Translations under genes and position numbers: made by a program
In this document: positions 9,326 to 19,756 of the stretch, piece after piece
Layout of the letters: the number at the start of each line of letters is the position of its first letter
How positions within the stretch are numbered: position 1 is the first letter of the stretch
Notes under the pieces: model-generated
Told to the model about the DNA's origin: nothing
Databases searched by the model: none
What the model saw: only the letters and a program-made list of their open reading frames with translations
Assembly: GCA_963730935.1 (NCBI GenBank)
Contig: CAVSTP010000004.1
Coordinates: 864,001-928,000, forward strand
Source: an uncultured Nitrospiraceae bacterium
GTDB lineage: Bacteria; Nitrospirota; Nitrospiria; Nitrospirales; Nitrospiraceae
Length of the DNA stretch: 64,000 nt
Direction: 5' to 3'

Positions 9326-10312
9326 TTGGCAAAACAATTGTTGCTCAGATCAGTGATAGTTCTGGGGTTGTGGCCGGGTCTTGGCCTAGCGGCAGACCAC
9401 GATCTGACGCCTCGCGAGATCTACGAGCTCGACTCGCCAGCTGTTGTGATGATCATCGGATATTCCAACAGCGGCCAGCGAGGTAACGGCGGCACCGGCT
9501 CCATTATTCAACAAGATGGACTCGTATTGACGAACGCTCACGTCGTCATTGAGGACCAAACAGGCAAACCCTATCCCCGCTTGACCATTTATCTGAAGCC
9601 CGAACGCGTGAGCGGTGACCCCAAGGCCGATTTGTCGCGGAGCGCCAAGGGTCGTGTCGTCGCCTTCTCACAACCATTGGACCTGGCTTTGCTCAAGCTC
9701 GATGGGCCGCCTGGACCCTTTCCCGTCCTCGAACTGGATGATTCCGACCGGATCGAGATCGGTGACCGCGTGGTGGCGATCGGGCATCCCGAGCAGGGCG
9801 GGCTTTGGACCCTGACAACCGGTACCATCAGCGCGCAGTTTGAGAACTTTAATGCTACGAAGGGCAAGTCGGTGTTTCAGACGGAAACGGGGCTCAACCG
9901 CGGCAACTCCGGTGGACCGCTGCTCGACACGTACGGCCGCATGGTCGGGATCAATACGGCAATCGCCCGCCTCTCATCGGATGGACTGCCGATCACGAGT
10001 ATTAGCTTCTCGTTGAAATCCAATGTAGCCAAGCGCTGGTTGCGTGATCAAGGTGTGTCGTTTCAGGAGATGCCGGCATCGGACAGGTCAACGCCGGACA
10101 AATCGGCAAGTCGTTCTACCCCTCTATCCGAGGAGCACACGACGAAGTCTGAGAATCTGCCTGCCGCCCCCACGGTCGCTTCCCCATCCTCGCCGCTCTC
10201 CGCGTCCTCTCGGCCATACAATCTGGATCGCCTTATCAGTGAACGAAGCCGAGCCGAGGCCGATCTCGAGGATATGATCAAAGAAATGCGAGGCAAATTT
10301 AGCGGGCGGTGA
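9326..10312 (+). CDS. Trypsin-like S1C serine protease (no PDZ domain)
   Basis: TNAHVV, DLALL and GNSGGP catalytic triad motifs; signal peptide. Confidence 0.9.
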   Translation: MAKQLLLRSVIVLGLWPGLGLAADHDLTPREIYELDSPAVVMIIGYSNSGQRGNGGTGSIIQQDGLVLTNAHVVIEDQTGKPYPRLTIYLKPERVSGDPKADLSRSAKGRVVAFSQPLDLALLKLDGPPGPFPVLELDDSDRIEIGDRVVAIGHPEQGGLWTLTTGTISAQFENFNATKGKSVFQTETGLNRGNSGGPLLDTYGRMVGINTAIARLSSDGLPITSISFSLKSNVAKRWLRDQGVSFQEMPASDRSTPDKSASRSTPLSEEHTTKSENLPAAPTVASPSSPLSASSRPYNLDRLISERSRAEADLEDMIKEMRGKFSGR

Positions 10313-10339
10313 AGCCGTCGCGTCGCCTGTCGACACTCC

Positions 10340-10843
10340 TCACTTCGAATTCACGTCCCGGTAGTCAACGATAAACCGTCCGACCGACTCAAATATTCTG
10401 CTGCGAATATCGAGAACTCTCGAGTCGCTGAGTGAACCAAAATGTATGGGGCCTTCCCACGTGGTCGCAAAGAGTTCTGTGCTTGGATTCCGTGATAGTT
10501 GAACAAGTTGTTTCAATGTGAGCGCGACAGCGTACGTGTTGACAGTGACTGAGGGACCTGTGATCGGATACACGGCAACGTAGAGATACGGTGCTCCGGG
10601 TGAGTTCGCTACCTCTGAGATGGTCAAGACGCGCAGGCCTGCCTGTCGAAGTCGCACTTCGATGTCGCGTTGGAGGTGTTCGCGGTTCAACCCTTCCCGT
10701 TCCACATCGTCCGGAAGATACTCAACGAGCACCGAAATCTCTTTGAGTCCTCGTAGTGTGTCTCGCTTGTCAGCCGTAAAGCTGAAGCCAACGGTCGGCC
10801 AACACAAGGTCAGGCCCAACAGAATGAGCACCCTCAGGCGCAT
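10340..10843 (-). CDS. Hypothetical exported protein
   Basis: Signal peptide; GAGGAGG RBS. Confidence 0.7.
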   Translation of the reverse strand: MRLRVLILLGLTLCWPTVGFSFTADKRDTLRGLKEISVLVEYLPDDVEREGLNREHLQRDIEVRLRQAGLRVLTISEVANSPGAPYLYVAVYPITGPSVTVNTYAVALTLKQLVQLSRNPSTELFATTWEGPIHFGSLSDSRVLDIRSRIFESVGRFIVDYRDVNSK

Positions 10844-11086
10844 CGGCCACCTCCTCGTCGGTGGCTCGCACAATAGCCGCCCGCTCTACCTAAAGACAAG
10901 AACACGACTGCCCTTGTGAGTAAATGTGACAGGACCCTCGCCGAGTGGATCCTGTAACCGTTTCTTACGGCGCTTAGAGAGTAAGAGGCGGGAGTGCTAT
11001 CTCACAATCATCTCGAGCGATGATCCTTCGCGTTTGACGGTTCGGTATGCAGGAAGTAAACGGGGGGTGGAAGGGGGCAATTCGCC

Positions 11087-11278
11087 CTAGCCGCCTCCGC
11101 GGCGCAGGTTACCGAACACGATGATTAGCACTGCGGCAACGCCATACCAGGGAATGATCGCCCACGGATTGGTGCTTTGAACGTAGCTAACAATCCAATG
11201 CCCGGCAAACACGATCCCCAGCACGATCAAGCCGGCAACTATCAGGCTTCCTTGGCCAGGTGATTTCTCAGGGAGCAT
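11087..11278 (-). CDS. Small 2-TM membrane protein
   Basis: Two hydrophobic helices in 63 aa. Confidence 0.5.
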   Translation of the reverse strand: MLPEKSPGQGSLIVAGLIVLGIVFAGHWIVSYVQSTNPWAIIPWYGVAAVLIIVFGNLRRGGG

Positions 11279-11354
11279 ATGTCAGTACTTTCCGCCCGCG
11301 ATCCTAGGGGAAGATCATGGGATACGCAAGCGGCCACACGAACGCAGTCGCTTC

Positions 11355-11960
11355 TTACGCCTGGGACTTTTCGATGCACCCGCGTTCATCCGTCCATCGC
11401 GCGTTGGGATTGGCTTCGCAGGCCGCCCGTTCGAGCGCCGTCTCTGCCAGCTCAGTGACTGCGGGATCGTACACGAAGCTGGTCGAGCCTCCCCTCGCCG
11501 TCACACTCCATTGAGTCGTCGCATCTACCACGCTAAGGCTGCGTATCGTGACAGTCGGATCAAAGAGCGTCGTGACACGCGGATGCCCTTCTTTATACCC
11601 CGAATACAGGTTGTACAGGGGGTATGAGTGACGCTCGACTGTTGCGGCTAAGACTCTATTTGCTCCGGCCATGCGGCCAAGTTGTCGAAGCGACAGTTCT
11701 ATTTCCCTGGCTGGCTGTTCCATGAGGGAGTCCCGGCTGATCGCATCTCCAACGATATCAGAATCGATCACTTGTCCACCGTGTTTCCGTACCCAGTCAA
11801 CCAGGAGTGGCTCGAGCTTTGTTTCGTTAGTCCAAATGAGCACGCGAGCGTCCTCCCGCGTTTCGAGGCACTGAGAAACACAGACTGCATCGGTGATGGG
11901 ATGTGGTGAACAACCCACGAAAGTTAAGAAGCCTAGGAGAATGGCCGATACTTTTTTCAT
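11355..11960 (-). CDS. Hypothetical lipoprotein
   Basis: MKK...FVGC lipobox; layout resembles 51736..52353. Confidence 0.65.
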   Translation of the reverse strand: MKKVSAILLGFLTFVGCSPHPITDAVCVSQCLETREDARVLIWTNETKLEPLLVDWVRKHGGQVIDSDIVGDAISRDSLMEQPAREIELSLRQLGRMAGANRVLAATVERHSYPLYNLYSGYKEGHPRVTTLFDPTVTIRSLSVVDATTQWSVTARGGSTSFVYDPAVTELAETALERAACEANPNARWTDERGCIEKSQA

Positions 11961-12271
11961 TCCAGCCGAAGCTCCAAGGTATTGATTACTATACTCGCCA
12001 AGCTGGTGCCAACAACAACCAGACAAGCCGGTGTAATATAATTAACCGGCTGACGAAGTCTGGGGCTGTGCAGAGTGGAGGACGCATGCGCGCATTCTGG
12101 CGCCTGCTGATTGCATTGTGCGCACTGACGTTGGGCGGTGCGGCGCATCCGTGTGGATGCGGAAACGGCAAAATTATCAAAGGCCTAGACCTGCCATAGG
12201 CTCAGCCTTCTCTGTTCAGGGGCGCCGTGTACGAAGGGACAGACTACTTTTCTGGGCCTTCGAGACTGAAG

Positions 12272-12308
12272 AAAAGCGTCAGGAACCATTTCGCGGCGGC
12301 GGCGTGGC
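12272..12308 (+). repeat. Junction repeat copy
   Basis: AAAAGCGTCAGGAACCATTTCGCGGCGGCGGCGTGGC. Confidence 0.8.
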
Positions 12309-12348
12309 ATCTTTCAATGGATGGATGATTCGCTCATACTCCTTCGTC

Positions 12349-13233
12349 ATGGCCGACCACGAAATCGATGCCATTCGTGCACTGTTGCTGGCCAAACCAC
12401 GACCGAATGAGCTCAGCGAACGACGCAAGCGCCTAGACGACCTAGGAACCCAGTATAAGATCGCCCCTGACGTGCTGATCGAGTCGGTGGAGGCGAACGG
12501 CATCAGAGCGGAGTGGTCCTCGACCCCACATGCCGACGCTGCAGGTGCGATCCTATTTTTGCATGGTGGTGGTTACGTGTCTGGGTCGCTCGATAGTCAT
12601 CGGCCATTGGCCACGGAGATCGGTCGAGTGTGCAGCGCTCGTACGCTCGCCCTGGAATACCGGCTGGCGCCCGAGCATCCGTTCCCGGCGGCACTCGAAG
12701 ACGCACTAGCCGGCTATCGCTTCCTGCTCTCGTGCGGCATCAACCCGCGCCAGATCGCGGTGGCGGGCGACAGTGCCGGAGGCGGACTGACCGTAGCACT
12801 GATGGTTTCCGCCCGCGATGCCGGGCTGCCGAAGCCGGCCTGCGGTTGGTGTCTCTCGCCGTGGGTGGATTTGGAATGTCTTGGCGAAAGCATGAACAGC
12901 AAAGCCGAGGTTGACCCGTTGATCCAGAAATCTTATTTGAAGGAGGTGGCTGGAACCTATCTCAATGGCGCTGATCCCCGCTCGGCGCTGGCCGCGCCAC
13001 TGTATGCAAATCTCAAGGGTTTGGCGCCACTTCTGATTCAAGTGGGCTCGGCGGAGACACTCCTCGACGATGCAGTTCGTCTCGCCAATGCCGCTGGGGC
13101 CGCTGACGTGGCGGTAACATTGGAAATATGGCCCGACATGATCCACGCATGGCCGCTGTTTCATCAGCAGCTCACAGCCGGGCGCCAGGCGATTGCGCAC
13201 GCCGGATCGTTCATCCGCTCTAGGATGTCATGA
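12349..13233 (+). CDS. HSL-family (family IV) esterase/lipase
   Basis: HGGGY, YRLAPEHPFPA and GDSAGG motifs. Confidence 0.92.
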   Translation: MADHEIDAIRALLLAKPRPNELSERRKRLDDLGTQYKIAPDVLIESVEANGIRAEWSSTPHADAAGAILFLHGGGYVSGSLDSHRPLATEIGRVCSARTLALEYRLAPEHPFPAALEDALAGYRFLLSCGINPRQIAVAGDSAGGGLTVALMVSARDAGLPKPACGWCLSPWVDLECLGESMNSKAEVDPLIQKSYLKEVAGTYLNGADPRSALAAPLYANLKGLAPLLIQVGSAETLLDDAVRLANAAGAADVAVTLEIWPDMIHAWPLFHQQLTAGRQAIAHAGSFIRSRMS

Positions 13234-13517
13234 GCGCCCTCGCCTTCTCGGTGTCGCTTCTTATGATTGCCATGCTTCATCTAAGCACATATCATATGCC
13301 GTGCCATGTCCGGCCAACCTGAGGAGGCAAGATGCGCCCGATCACATTCACCCTTGCACTCTTTGACGTATTCTGGTGTCCTGCACAGCTTTTGCGGCAG
13401 GCGAACCCTGTCTACTGATCGCAGAGACGCAAGTCAGCACGGCGCTGGAGATCCCTGTCGAGCCCGGGACACCTATTAGCAGTCCATCGACGTGTGAATG
13501 GATAGGAAAAGGCAGAT

Positions 13518-13997
13518 TTGCAACACTTACCATTATGCAGCCACTCGCTGGCAAGAGCCCTCGCATACTCTTGGAGAACGGCTCCTGCAGTGTTCTGCAG
13601 CCTCTTGGTGGTCCTCATGGCCGGAGGATGCATCACACCGGAAGTATCTTCTGATAGCCCCGACCTCATAGCCATTCCGGACGGGAGCTTTGGAGGATCT
13701 GATGCTTACTGTGATATGACCAGGGCGGCCCAGCTGCGAATCGTCATCCAAAATCAAGGCCAAGGGAATGCCCTGGCCTCGATTACCCGAGTAAGATTTT
13801 CCCCCGGTGGAGTGATGGATATTTCGACACCGCCTCTGGAATCGGGCGAGCGTACGATGCTCGCTCCAATTCCCATTCCCGCGGCCTGTTTTGATCCAGA
13901 TTGCGATTTTACGATCACGGTCGATTCGACGGACCAAATCAACGAAACCACAGGCGAAGAGAACAATGTGACAGATGGGCGCTGTATCCGGCCATAA
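13518..13997 (+). CDS. CARDB/Ig-like domain lipoprotein (start uncertain)
   Basis: PDL...VIQNQG...VDSTDQINE...EENN pattern; AGGC lipobox. Confidence 0.7.
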   Translation: MQHLPLCSHSLARALAYSWRTAPAVFCSLLVVLMAGGCITPEVSSDSPDLIAIPDGSFGGSDAYCDMTRAAQLRIVIQNQGQGNALASITRVRFSPGGVMDISTPPLESGERTMLAPIPIPAACFDPDCDFTITVDSTDQINETTGEENNVTDGRCIRP

Positions 13998-14008
13998 AAC
14001 CCGGCTCT

Positions 14009-14033
14009 CATTTCGCGGCACTGGCAGGCCGCC
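14009..14033 (+). repeat. Junction repeat, right half
   Basis: CATTTCGCGGCACTGGCAGGCCGCC. Confidence 0.6.
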
Positions 14034-14063
14034 TCAAACACAATTGCCTGCGTCTTTTGAAGG

Positions 14064-14089
14064 TGGGGCGGCTGCTTGCCGCCCCATTT
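14064..14089. terminator. GC hairpin between convergent genes
   Basis: TGGGGCGGC-TGCTT-GCCGCCCCA followed by TTT. Confidence 0.55.
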
Positions 14090-14154
14090 CCGTCGCCTGA
14101 AGAGGAATCGATATGCCTACACTCAGCAGCAACTGTCCAGCGGATTTTGTCGCA

Positions 14155-14595
14155 TTACGCCCAAGCAACCTGTCGTTGTTCCATCGCTTTCGCCACTGCA
14201 TCCCTCAGCCTCTCCGCCTCGACTGGCTTGACCAAGTAATCAGCCACACCCTTCAGGAGAAAGGAAACGGCCATTTCGGTCTCCGGGTAGCCCGTGAGGA
14301 CCACAAGTGGAACATGGGGGTACTCTCTCTGGAAATAGTCGATGGCCTCGACACCATTGATTTTAGGCATGCGGATGTCACAGATCACGGCATCCAGAAC
14401 TAACCGGTTCTCTCCTGTATTGATCACGTCGATGGCTTGCTCCCCGTTTTCTGCTTCGAGGACGTCATACCCCGCCTTTTCCAGTGTCAATCTGACCACC
14501 GTCCTCACAGAGGGTTCATCATCGATCACGAGTATGCGTCCGTTCCCCGTTAACGCCCCAAACAATAGATCTGATTTGTATTTCTCCTCAATCAT
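14155..14595 (-). CDS. Single-domain response regulator
   Basis: ILVIDDE, CDIRMPKING, LTGY and YLVKP motifs. Confidence 0.92.
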   Translation of the reverse strand: MIEEKYKSDLLFGALTGNGRILVIDDEPSVRTVVRLTLEKAGYDVLEAENGEQAIDVINTGENRLVLDAVICDIRMPKINGVEAIDYFQREYPHVPLVVLTGYPETEMAVSFLLKGVADYLVKPVEAERLRDAVAKAMEQRQVAWA

Positions 14596-14664
14596 GGCAT
14601 GCTCCTTTTTTATCACAGTTGTTTTGGACTCTCTCGGCGAATCACGCGTGCTGCCACTGCATAG

Positions 14665-14680
14665 AGCAACGCCTGTGCCA
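14665..14680 (-). promoter_or_regulatory. Sigma54 (-24/-12) promoter
   Basis: TGGCACAGGCGTTGCT on the minus strand upstream of the response regulator. Confidence 0.75.
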
Positions 14681-14960
14681 GATGACGATCAGCTGCGGCT
14701 AAAAGAATTAGACCAGAAAATGGCAGTTATTCACCGGATTTCATTGCTTCCTCGTTGAACCGGTTCTCTGAGTGGGCGACCTTGAAGACACACAAACCGA
14801 TGCTGTGTGGATGTAATTCGATTCACCAGAAGTATTCCGCGGCAGACCGGCGCCTTACCGTCCATCTTCCAACCGCTCTTCCATCGCCTCTGGAGTGATG
14901 GATACGTCTCAGACTTTGCAGTAGACTGAGGTGGAGGAGAATTCATCAGGAGGTACATCC

Positions 14961-15434
14961 ATGCACAAGCGAATCATCGGCCAAAAGCAGGAAAGGTCCG
15001 CATCGTCTGAGCAGGGTTGGTTGAACGTGGAAGGACTTGTCGAGGTGGAGATCACCTCAGAGGACGCCACGCATCCCATCGAATCAGCATTACGACCAGG
15101 CGAAACGTCGGGATGGCGGGCCGCAGAGGCTGGAGCACAGACGATCCGGCTACTTTTCAACAATCCGCAGCGGCTCCAACGGATCTGGATGAATTTTGTG
15201 GAACCCGAAACTGCACGCACTCAGGAGTACGTCCTGCGTTGGTCGCCGGACAGCGGACAGTCCTTCCGCGAAATTGTCCGGCAGCAATGGAACTTCAGTC
15301 CCCCTAGCACTACGAACGAGATGGAAGATCATCGTGTGGAGCTCCCGGCGGTCACGATGCTCGAGTTGCACATCATTCCGGACATCAGCGGTGGCAATGC
15401 CGTCGCATCCTTAGCGCAACTACGGCTGGCCTAA
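14961..15434 (+). CDS. Galactose-binding-like / carbohydrate-binding fold protein
   Basis: EITSED..HPIESAL...GWRAA..G.Q.IRL.F and RQQWNFSP motifs; AGGAGG RBS. Confidence 0.7.
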   Translation: MHKRIIGQKQERSASSEQGWLNVEGLVEVEITSEDATHPIESALRPGETSGWRAAEAGAQTIRLLFNNPQRLQRIWMNFVEPETARTQEYVLRWSPDSGQSFREIVRQQWNFSPPSTTNEMEDHRVELPAVTMLELHIIPDISGGNAVASLAQLRLA

Positions 15435-15442
15435 GGCATACC

Positions 15443-15487
15443 AAAGGTGTCGGGAACCATTCGCGGCGCGCGGCGGGCCGGCGCGCG
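15443..15487 (+). repeat. Junction repeat copy (closest to consensus)
   Basis: AAAGGTGTCGGGAACCATTCGCGGCGCGCGGCGGGCCGGCGCGCG. Confidence 0.9.
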
Positions 15488-15541
15488 TTCAAGACCCGCG
15501 GCTTAGGAAAGAGGGCAGGAATTGGGCTGACGTTTCTCGGT

Positions 15542-16468
15542 TTAAGACGTTGAACTCACAATGGAAAGTTCTATCTGGGAAGCTGTCGGTGCAAAAGCAG
15601 CATCGAACGCTTCCCGTCTGACCTCGCCATCACCATCTTCACGGTACACCAGCTCGTCGCGATCGAAATCGAATTCGGGTAACGCTGGACTCGTCCAGCG
15701 CTTCAGAAAATATTGATACCAAAGCGCATATAGCCCGTGCTCCTGACGATCGTGTTGAAAGACGTATTCGGGTCGTGTTCCGACCTCTAGGTCCGTATGG
15801 TAGCACTGGAGCCAAACGTGTTCCCCGAGAATAGCGAGTCTGACAAGCGGGAGATCAGAATACAGTTTCAGTTTGACTGGTTTTCCAGCCGCCTTGAGAG
15901 ACTTCAGGAGTCTAATACTGGCCACGACTTCATGGTGGACACGGCTCCATGCGGCTGCAGGATCTGGTTGTTGCTCGATGCGACGACGTACCGCATCACT
16001 GAAGGGATTGGCGAGCAGGATTTTTGCCTCCAGACAATTCTGGACAATGGGATATAAATCACTCTTCGGATCAGCGAACGTTGAGAATCCTGTGAAGCCG
16101 ATCACTCGAAGTGGGCGACCGAGTCCTTGCTGAGTCTTGTTGGCTGCGATTTGATGGCGAACCCCATTCCCTTGTGTATGGAAGCACGATACCAAGCCTG
16201 CCTCGGCAGCGGTTTTGGCGACTCGCCGGTCTTTTATACTGCGACGGAGCAAATTGACAAAGAGGATCATGAACGTGGCAACGGCCAGTTCCACGTACAT
16301 CAACAGCATCTTTTCATGCTCCACATGTGACCAGAATGCCAAGAAATGCCGGGCTGCCCATGGAAGCGAGAAGGCGATCCCGGCACTTACAACGATAACG
16401 ACCAGATGGGAGCCCATGGAGGTTAGATGGTGTAACAGCGTGCCATCTTTTGCGATATGGTCTTTCAA
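15542..16468 (-). CDS. Hypothetical protein, 2 TM helices plus a soluble alpha/beta domain
   Basis: 308-aa ORF, two N-terminal TM helices, KILLANP and LKLYSDLP...LAIL motifs. Confidence 0.7.
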   Translation of the reverse strand: MKDHIAKDGTLLHHLTSMGSHLVVIVVSAGIAFSLPWAARHFLAFWSHVEHEKMLLMYVELAVATFMILFVNLLRRSIKDRRVAKTAAEAGLVSCFHTQGNGVRHQIAANKTQQGLGRPLRVIGFTGFSTFADPKSDLYPIVQNCLEAKILLANPFSDAVRRRIEQQPDPAAAWSRVHHEVVASIRLLKSLKAAGKPVKLKLYSDLPLVRLAILGEHVWLQCYHTDLEVGTRPEYVFQHDRQEHGLYALWYQYFLKRWTSPALPEFDFDRDELVYREDGDGEVRREAFDAAFAPTASQIELSIVSSTS

Positions 16469-16798
16469 AACGGGTTAACCTTTCGTTTGAGTCTCGGGAA
16501 GTTACATCAGTCAGTGTCTCGGACGCTCCTCGGTTGTCCCTCTCGTGAGTCAGAGCCGATACGGGATAAGCAGACTCTTTTTTAGATCGTTCGTTGAACC
16601 GGCGGCGCGTGAGATGGTGCTACCGACTACCGGTGCTCGATACCTGCGGAGAAGGAGCAGGAGGCACGATCAAAACCGTCACTGTGTTTACCCTACAGAA
16701 GGGTAGCTACTTTGTACAGTAAATTGTCTGTAACGTCTTGATCACGCCATGATCACATTGGGTATCTTCGAGGTCGCCGCTCAGAGAATGTTATGTGC

Positions 16799-16841
16799 AA
16801 TTCGATTCACCAGCACCATTTCGCGGCGCACGGCGGGCTGG
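16799..16841 (+). repeat. Junction repeat variant
   Basis: AATTCGATTCACCAGCACCATTTCGCGGCGCACGGCGGGCTGG; the first 15 nt are shared with 14815. Confidence 0.75.
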
Positions 16842-16850
16842 GACGAGCGG

Positions 16851-17138
16851 TCACTGAATAGGCTCGATGGTCGTGGGCGGCCGGAGAGGCTTTCTCTGCT
16901 TCTCGTGGTCTTGGTCAATGACCTTTAAGGCGTCCAGTTGGGCCTCTAACTCCTCAATACGCTTATCTCGCTCTTGAATTTGTCTCTGGAGAGCTTGCAC
17001 CTTGCCCGACATATCGACCGCGGGTTCCCGCTTAGATTCTACCGTGGTAGCGGGAGCTGTTCCGCACCCGCTGAGCGCGACGGACAAACTCACCGGACCA
17101 ATCACGCCGAGCATGATCTTGATGTGCGACAGAGTCAT
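16851..17138 (-). CDS. Small coiled-coil lipoprotein
   Basis: LSGC lipobox followed by a heptad region. Confidence 0.7.
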   Translation of the reverse strand: MTLSHIKIMLGVIGPVSLSVALSGCGTAPATTVESKREPAVDMSGKVQALQRQIQERDKRIEELEAQLDALKVIDQDHEKQRKPLRPPTTIEPIQ

Positions 17139-17622
17139 GGTCCTACGTGTCTCCAATGCCACATACCGACATGTCAGCGATCATTATGACAGACTGAGTC
17201 ATTAAAAAGGGAGACAGCACCACCCAGCGGTCGCGTGACTGACGTAGACCGCTCGACACTCGAAAGAGGGACTCTGCGTAGAGGACCATTGACTCCACTC
17301 CCTTAGCCATGTAGGGTGAATTTACGACGTATTAAGCCACGCCGACTGTCCTAATCTAGCGCGCGTCCTCATTTTTCCTGCGCGTTTGATTCCCCTGGTC
17401 TTCGCCGCTTTTACGCCAGAGTACGCGTTTCCAGCACTGTGGGAACGTTGCGAGGTTGCCTTGAATCTCGGCCAAGCGGCGTTATGTCCACTGGAGCGGA
17501 AACTATATTGGGTATCCAGATCTCAAGCCAGCCGTATAACCTACTATCCATGCAGAGGGCAGGTTATTCCAGGTATTCGTTGGGCATGTCAATAGGTTGA
17601 GCCAACAGAGGGAGATAGTACT

Positions 17623-17967
17623 ATGCGAAAGATCGTCATTAACAAGAGCTATGAACAATTTTGCGTCAGTCATAAGGCGTTCCTGCGTTTACGAGAACTT
17701 GGGCAGCGGGAAGCGCTGCAAGAAACCGATCTCGGGGCCTACTGGCCTGCTGCGTCAACACCCCAAGAACCGAAATTCAATCAGTGTGGGAAACTGATCC
17801 CGAGGGATGACCAGATGTTGGCCCAAGTGGTAGAGGAGCTCGGTGTGGATGCCAATGGATTTTGTGCTGAGTTGAAAGTGGTGGCGATTCCCGACGATGT
17901 CCGTTGGGAGATCCGATCGGTGGATGGGCAGGAGCAAGTCAGTGAGGTGCATCGTACGTGGGCATGA
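17623..17967 (+). CDS. Hypothetical protein resembling a small phage-associated family
   Basis: KIVINK...RDD..L..VVEELG...LKVV.IP...W...E.HRTW pattern; GAGGGAG RBS. Confidence 0.75.
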   Translation: MRKIVINKSYEQFCVSHKAFLRLRELGQREALQETDLGAYWPAASTPQEPKFNQCGKLIPRDDQMLAQVVEELGVDANGFCAELKVVAIPDDVRWEIRSVDGQEQVSEVHRTWA

Positions 17968-18026
17968 GCACACGAAGAAGGCGCTGCACGGTGTTCATTC
18001 TGATCGATGGTTGAGGGAGGTGTGCA

Positions 18027-18206
18027 ATGGCGGTAACTGGACGGGTTCAGAAAACTGGAAGCACGCCTAAACCAACGCGTCCCGCCGAAGACCTTACCTG
18101 TGATGAAAATCAGGTCGAGGATCTGTTGTCGGAAGGGGAATCGACCGACGCCGAGCATGACGGGAAGGAGACATCCAAGCAGACGGCATCGCGGAAGGGA
18201 ACATGA
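18027..18206 (+). CDS. Small acidic/disordered protein (59 aa, not in the ORF track)
   Basis: GAGGGAGG RBS, ATG at 18027, MAVTGRVQK...RKGT*. Confidence 0.5.
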   Translation: MAVTGRVQKTGSTPKPTRPAEDLTCDENQVEDLLSEGESTDAEHDGKETSKQTASRKGT

Positions 18207-18268
18207 AAAGGGAGATATGAACTGTCGCCTGATCTAGGACTCGGTGTATATTCGGGAGGAGAAACCCA

Positions 18269-18478
18269 ATGTCTCAGCAGAAACCCATTACCGAGCAAAT
18301 CCTTAAATTTCTCCGAGATGTGCCTAAATGTGACTTCGAGGCCTTGGTGACTCGTTACCCGGAATTCTCCTGGAATGAGCTCTATCTTGAAGTGTCCCGC
18401 TTGAATCGCCACGGCCTGGTAAAAATTACGAGGGGCGTGGGGGTTTTCACCATTCAAGAAACCCCAGCTTTGCCGTAG
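18269..18478 (+). CDS. Small winged-helix-like protein, paralog of 5230..5475
   Basis: GGAGGAG RBS; shared motif with 5230..5475. Confidence 0.7.
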   Translation: MSQQKPITEQILKFLRDVPKCDFEALVTRYPEFSWNELYLEVSRLNRHGLVKITRGVGVFTIQETPALP

Positions 18479-18485
18479 TCCAAAA

Positions 18486-18528
18486 TTGTTATCGGGAACC
18501 GTTTCCCACGCGCACGGTAGACCGGCGC
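18486..18528 (+). repeat. Junction repeat, degenerate copy
   Basis: TTGTTATCGGGAACCGTTTCCCACGCGCACGGTAGACCGGCGC. Confidence 0.65.
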
Positions 18529-18661
18529 TTCCCTCCCCCATTGCGTCGGTTAGCACTGCATCTCATCACCATTCATTTCTGCAACTCACATTTTCTAGGT
18601 TCACCATCTGACTCGTGCTAGACTCCTCCCAGTCGCTTTCATTTTCCATCGAGGTACCTTC

Positions 18662-19756
18662 ATGAACGCGCAATTGCTGCAGCTAGCACAGCAGATGCCC
18701 AAGGCCGAGCTGCATTTGCATATCGAAGGCAGTCTGGAACCGGAGATGGTGTTCCGTCTTGCCGAGCGCAATGGCATACGACTGAATTATCCCGACGTGG
18801 ACTCGCTGCGTGCCGCTTACGCCTTCAACAATCTCCAGGAGTTTCTGGACATCTATTACACCGGCATGTCAGTCCTGCGGAAGGAGGAGGATTTTTACGA
18901 ACTCACATGGGCGTACCTGAAGCGGGTGCATCAGGACAACGTGGTCCATGTGGAAATGTTCTTTGATGCGCAGATGCATCTGGAGCGTGGCATTCCGCTT
19001 AACGTTCAGGTCGGCGGTATTCGCCGTGCGCTGCAGGATGGTAAGGAGCAGCTGGGCATCAGCTCCAAGCTCATTTTGTCATTCCTGCGTCATCTGTCGG
19101 AAGCGCACGCCTTTGAAACCCTGAAGCTCGCCCAACCCTTTCTGCATCAACTGGATGGCTTCGGGCTGGATTCCTCGGAACTCGGCCACCCACCCGAGAA
19201 GTTTGCCCGAGTGTTCGCCAGGTGCAGGGAACTGGGTTTTAAGATCACCGCCCATGCCGGTGAGGAAGGCCCGCCGGACTATGTCTCTCAGGCGCTGGAT
19301 CTGCTGCAGGTGGATCGCATCGATCACGGTAACCACTCGTTGGACGATCCTGCGCTGGTGCAACGTCTGACTGATGAAGGCAAAACTCTCACGGTCTGCC
19401 CACTGTCCAATCTCAAGCTCCGTGTGGTAACGCACCTGGATCAGCACCCGATACTGACAATGCTTCAACGGGGTCTGAAGGCGACCATCAACTCAGATGA
19501 TCCTGCCTATTTCGGCGGGTACGTGAACGACAATTACCGCGCACTCCTTGAGCACCTTCCAGTCACCGGCGAAGACCTCTACCAATTGGCACGCAATTCC
19601 TTTGACGGCGCCTGGGTGAGTGAAGAAGAGAAAACCACGCACCTGAATGAACTCAACCGAATGTTTGGGAGAACAAATCACGGGGACATTCGGAACTTCT
19701 CGGCGCGTGCGGAAAAGAAAAGTGGGACGAGAACGGGGACCTTCGGGGCCTTCTGA
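18662..19756 (+). CDS. add: Adenine/adenosine deaminase
   Basis: [26 protein letters not shown] and [10 protein letters not shown] motifs. Confidence 0.93.
   Translation: MNAQLLQLAQQMPKAELHLHIEGSLEPEMVFRLAERNGIRLNYPDVDSLRAAYAFNNLQEFLDIYYTGMSVLRKEEDFYELTWAYLKRVHQDNVVHVEMFFDAQMHLERGIPLNVQVGGIRRALQDGKEQLGISSKLILSFLRHLSEAHAFETLKLAQPFLHQLDGFGLDSSELGHPPEKFARVFARCRELGFKITAHAGEEGPPDYVSQALDLLQVDRIDHGNHSLDDPALVQRLTDEGKTLTVCPLSNLKLRVVTHLDQHPILTMLQRGLKATINSDDPAYFGGYVNDNYRALLEHLPVTGEDLYQLARNSFDGAWVSEEEKTTHLNELNRMFGRTNHGDIRNFSARAEKKSGTRTGTFGAF

Noticed and set aside
10925..10975. GTGACAGGACCC...TCCTGTAACC as a junction repeat copy
   Set aside because: Only weak similarity to the left arm and no clear core; not counted.
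12118..12348. Long N-terminal extension of the esterase ORF
   Set aside because: It runs through a junction repeat (KRQEPF); the fold starts near the ATG at 12349.
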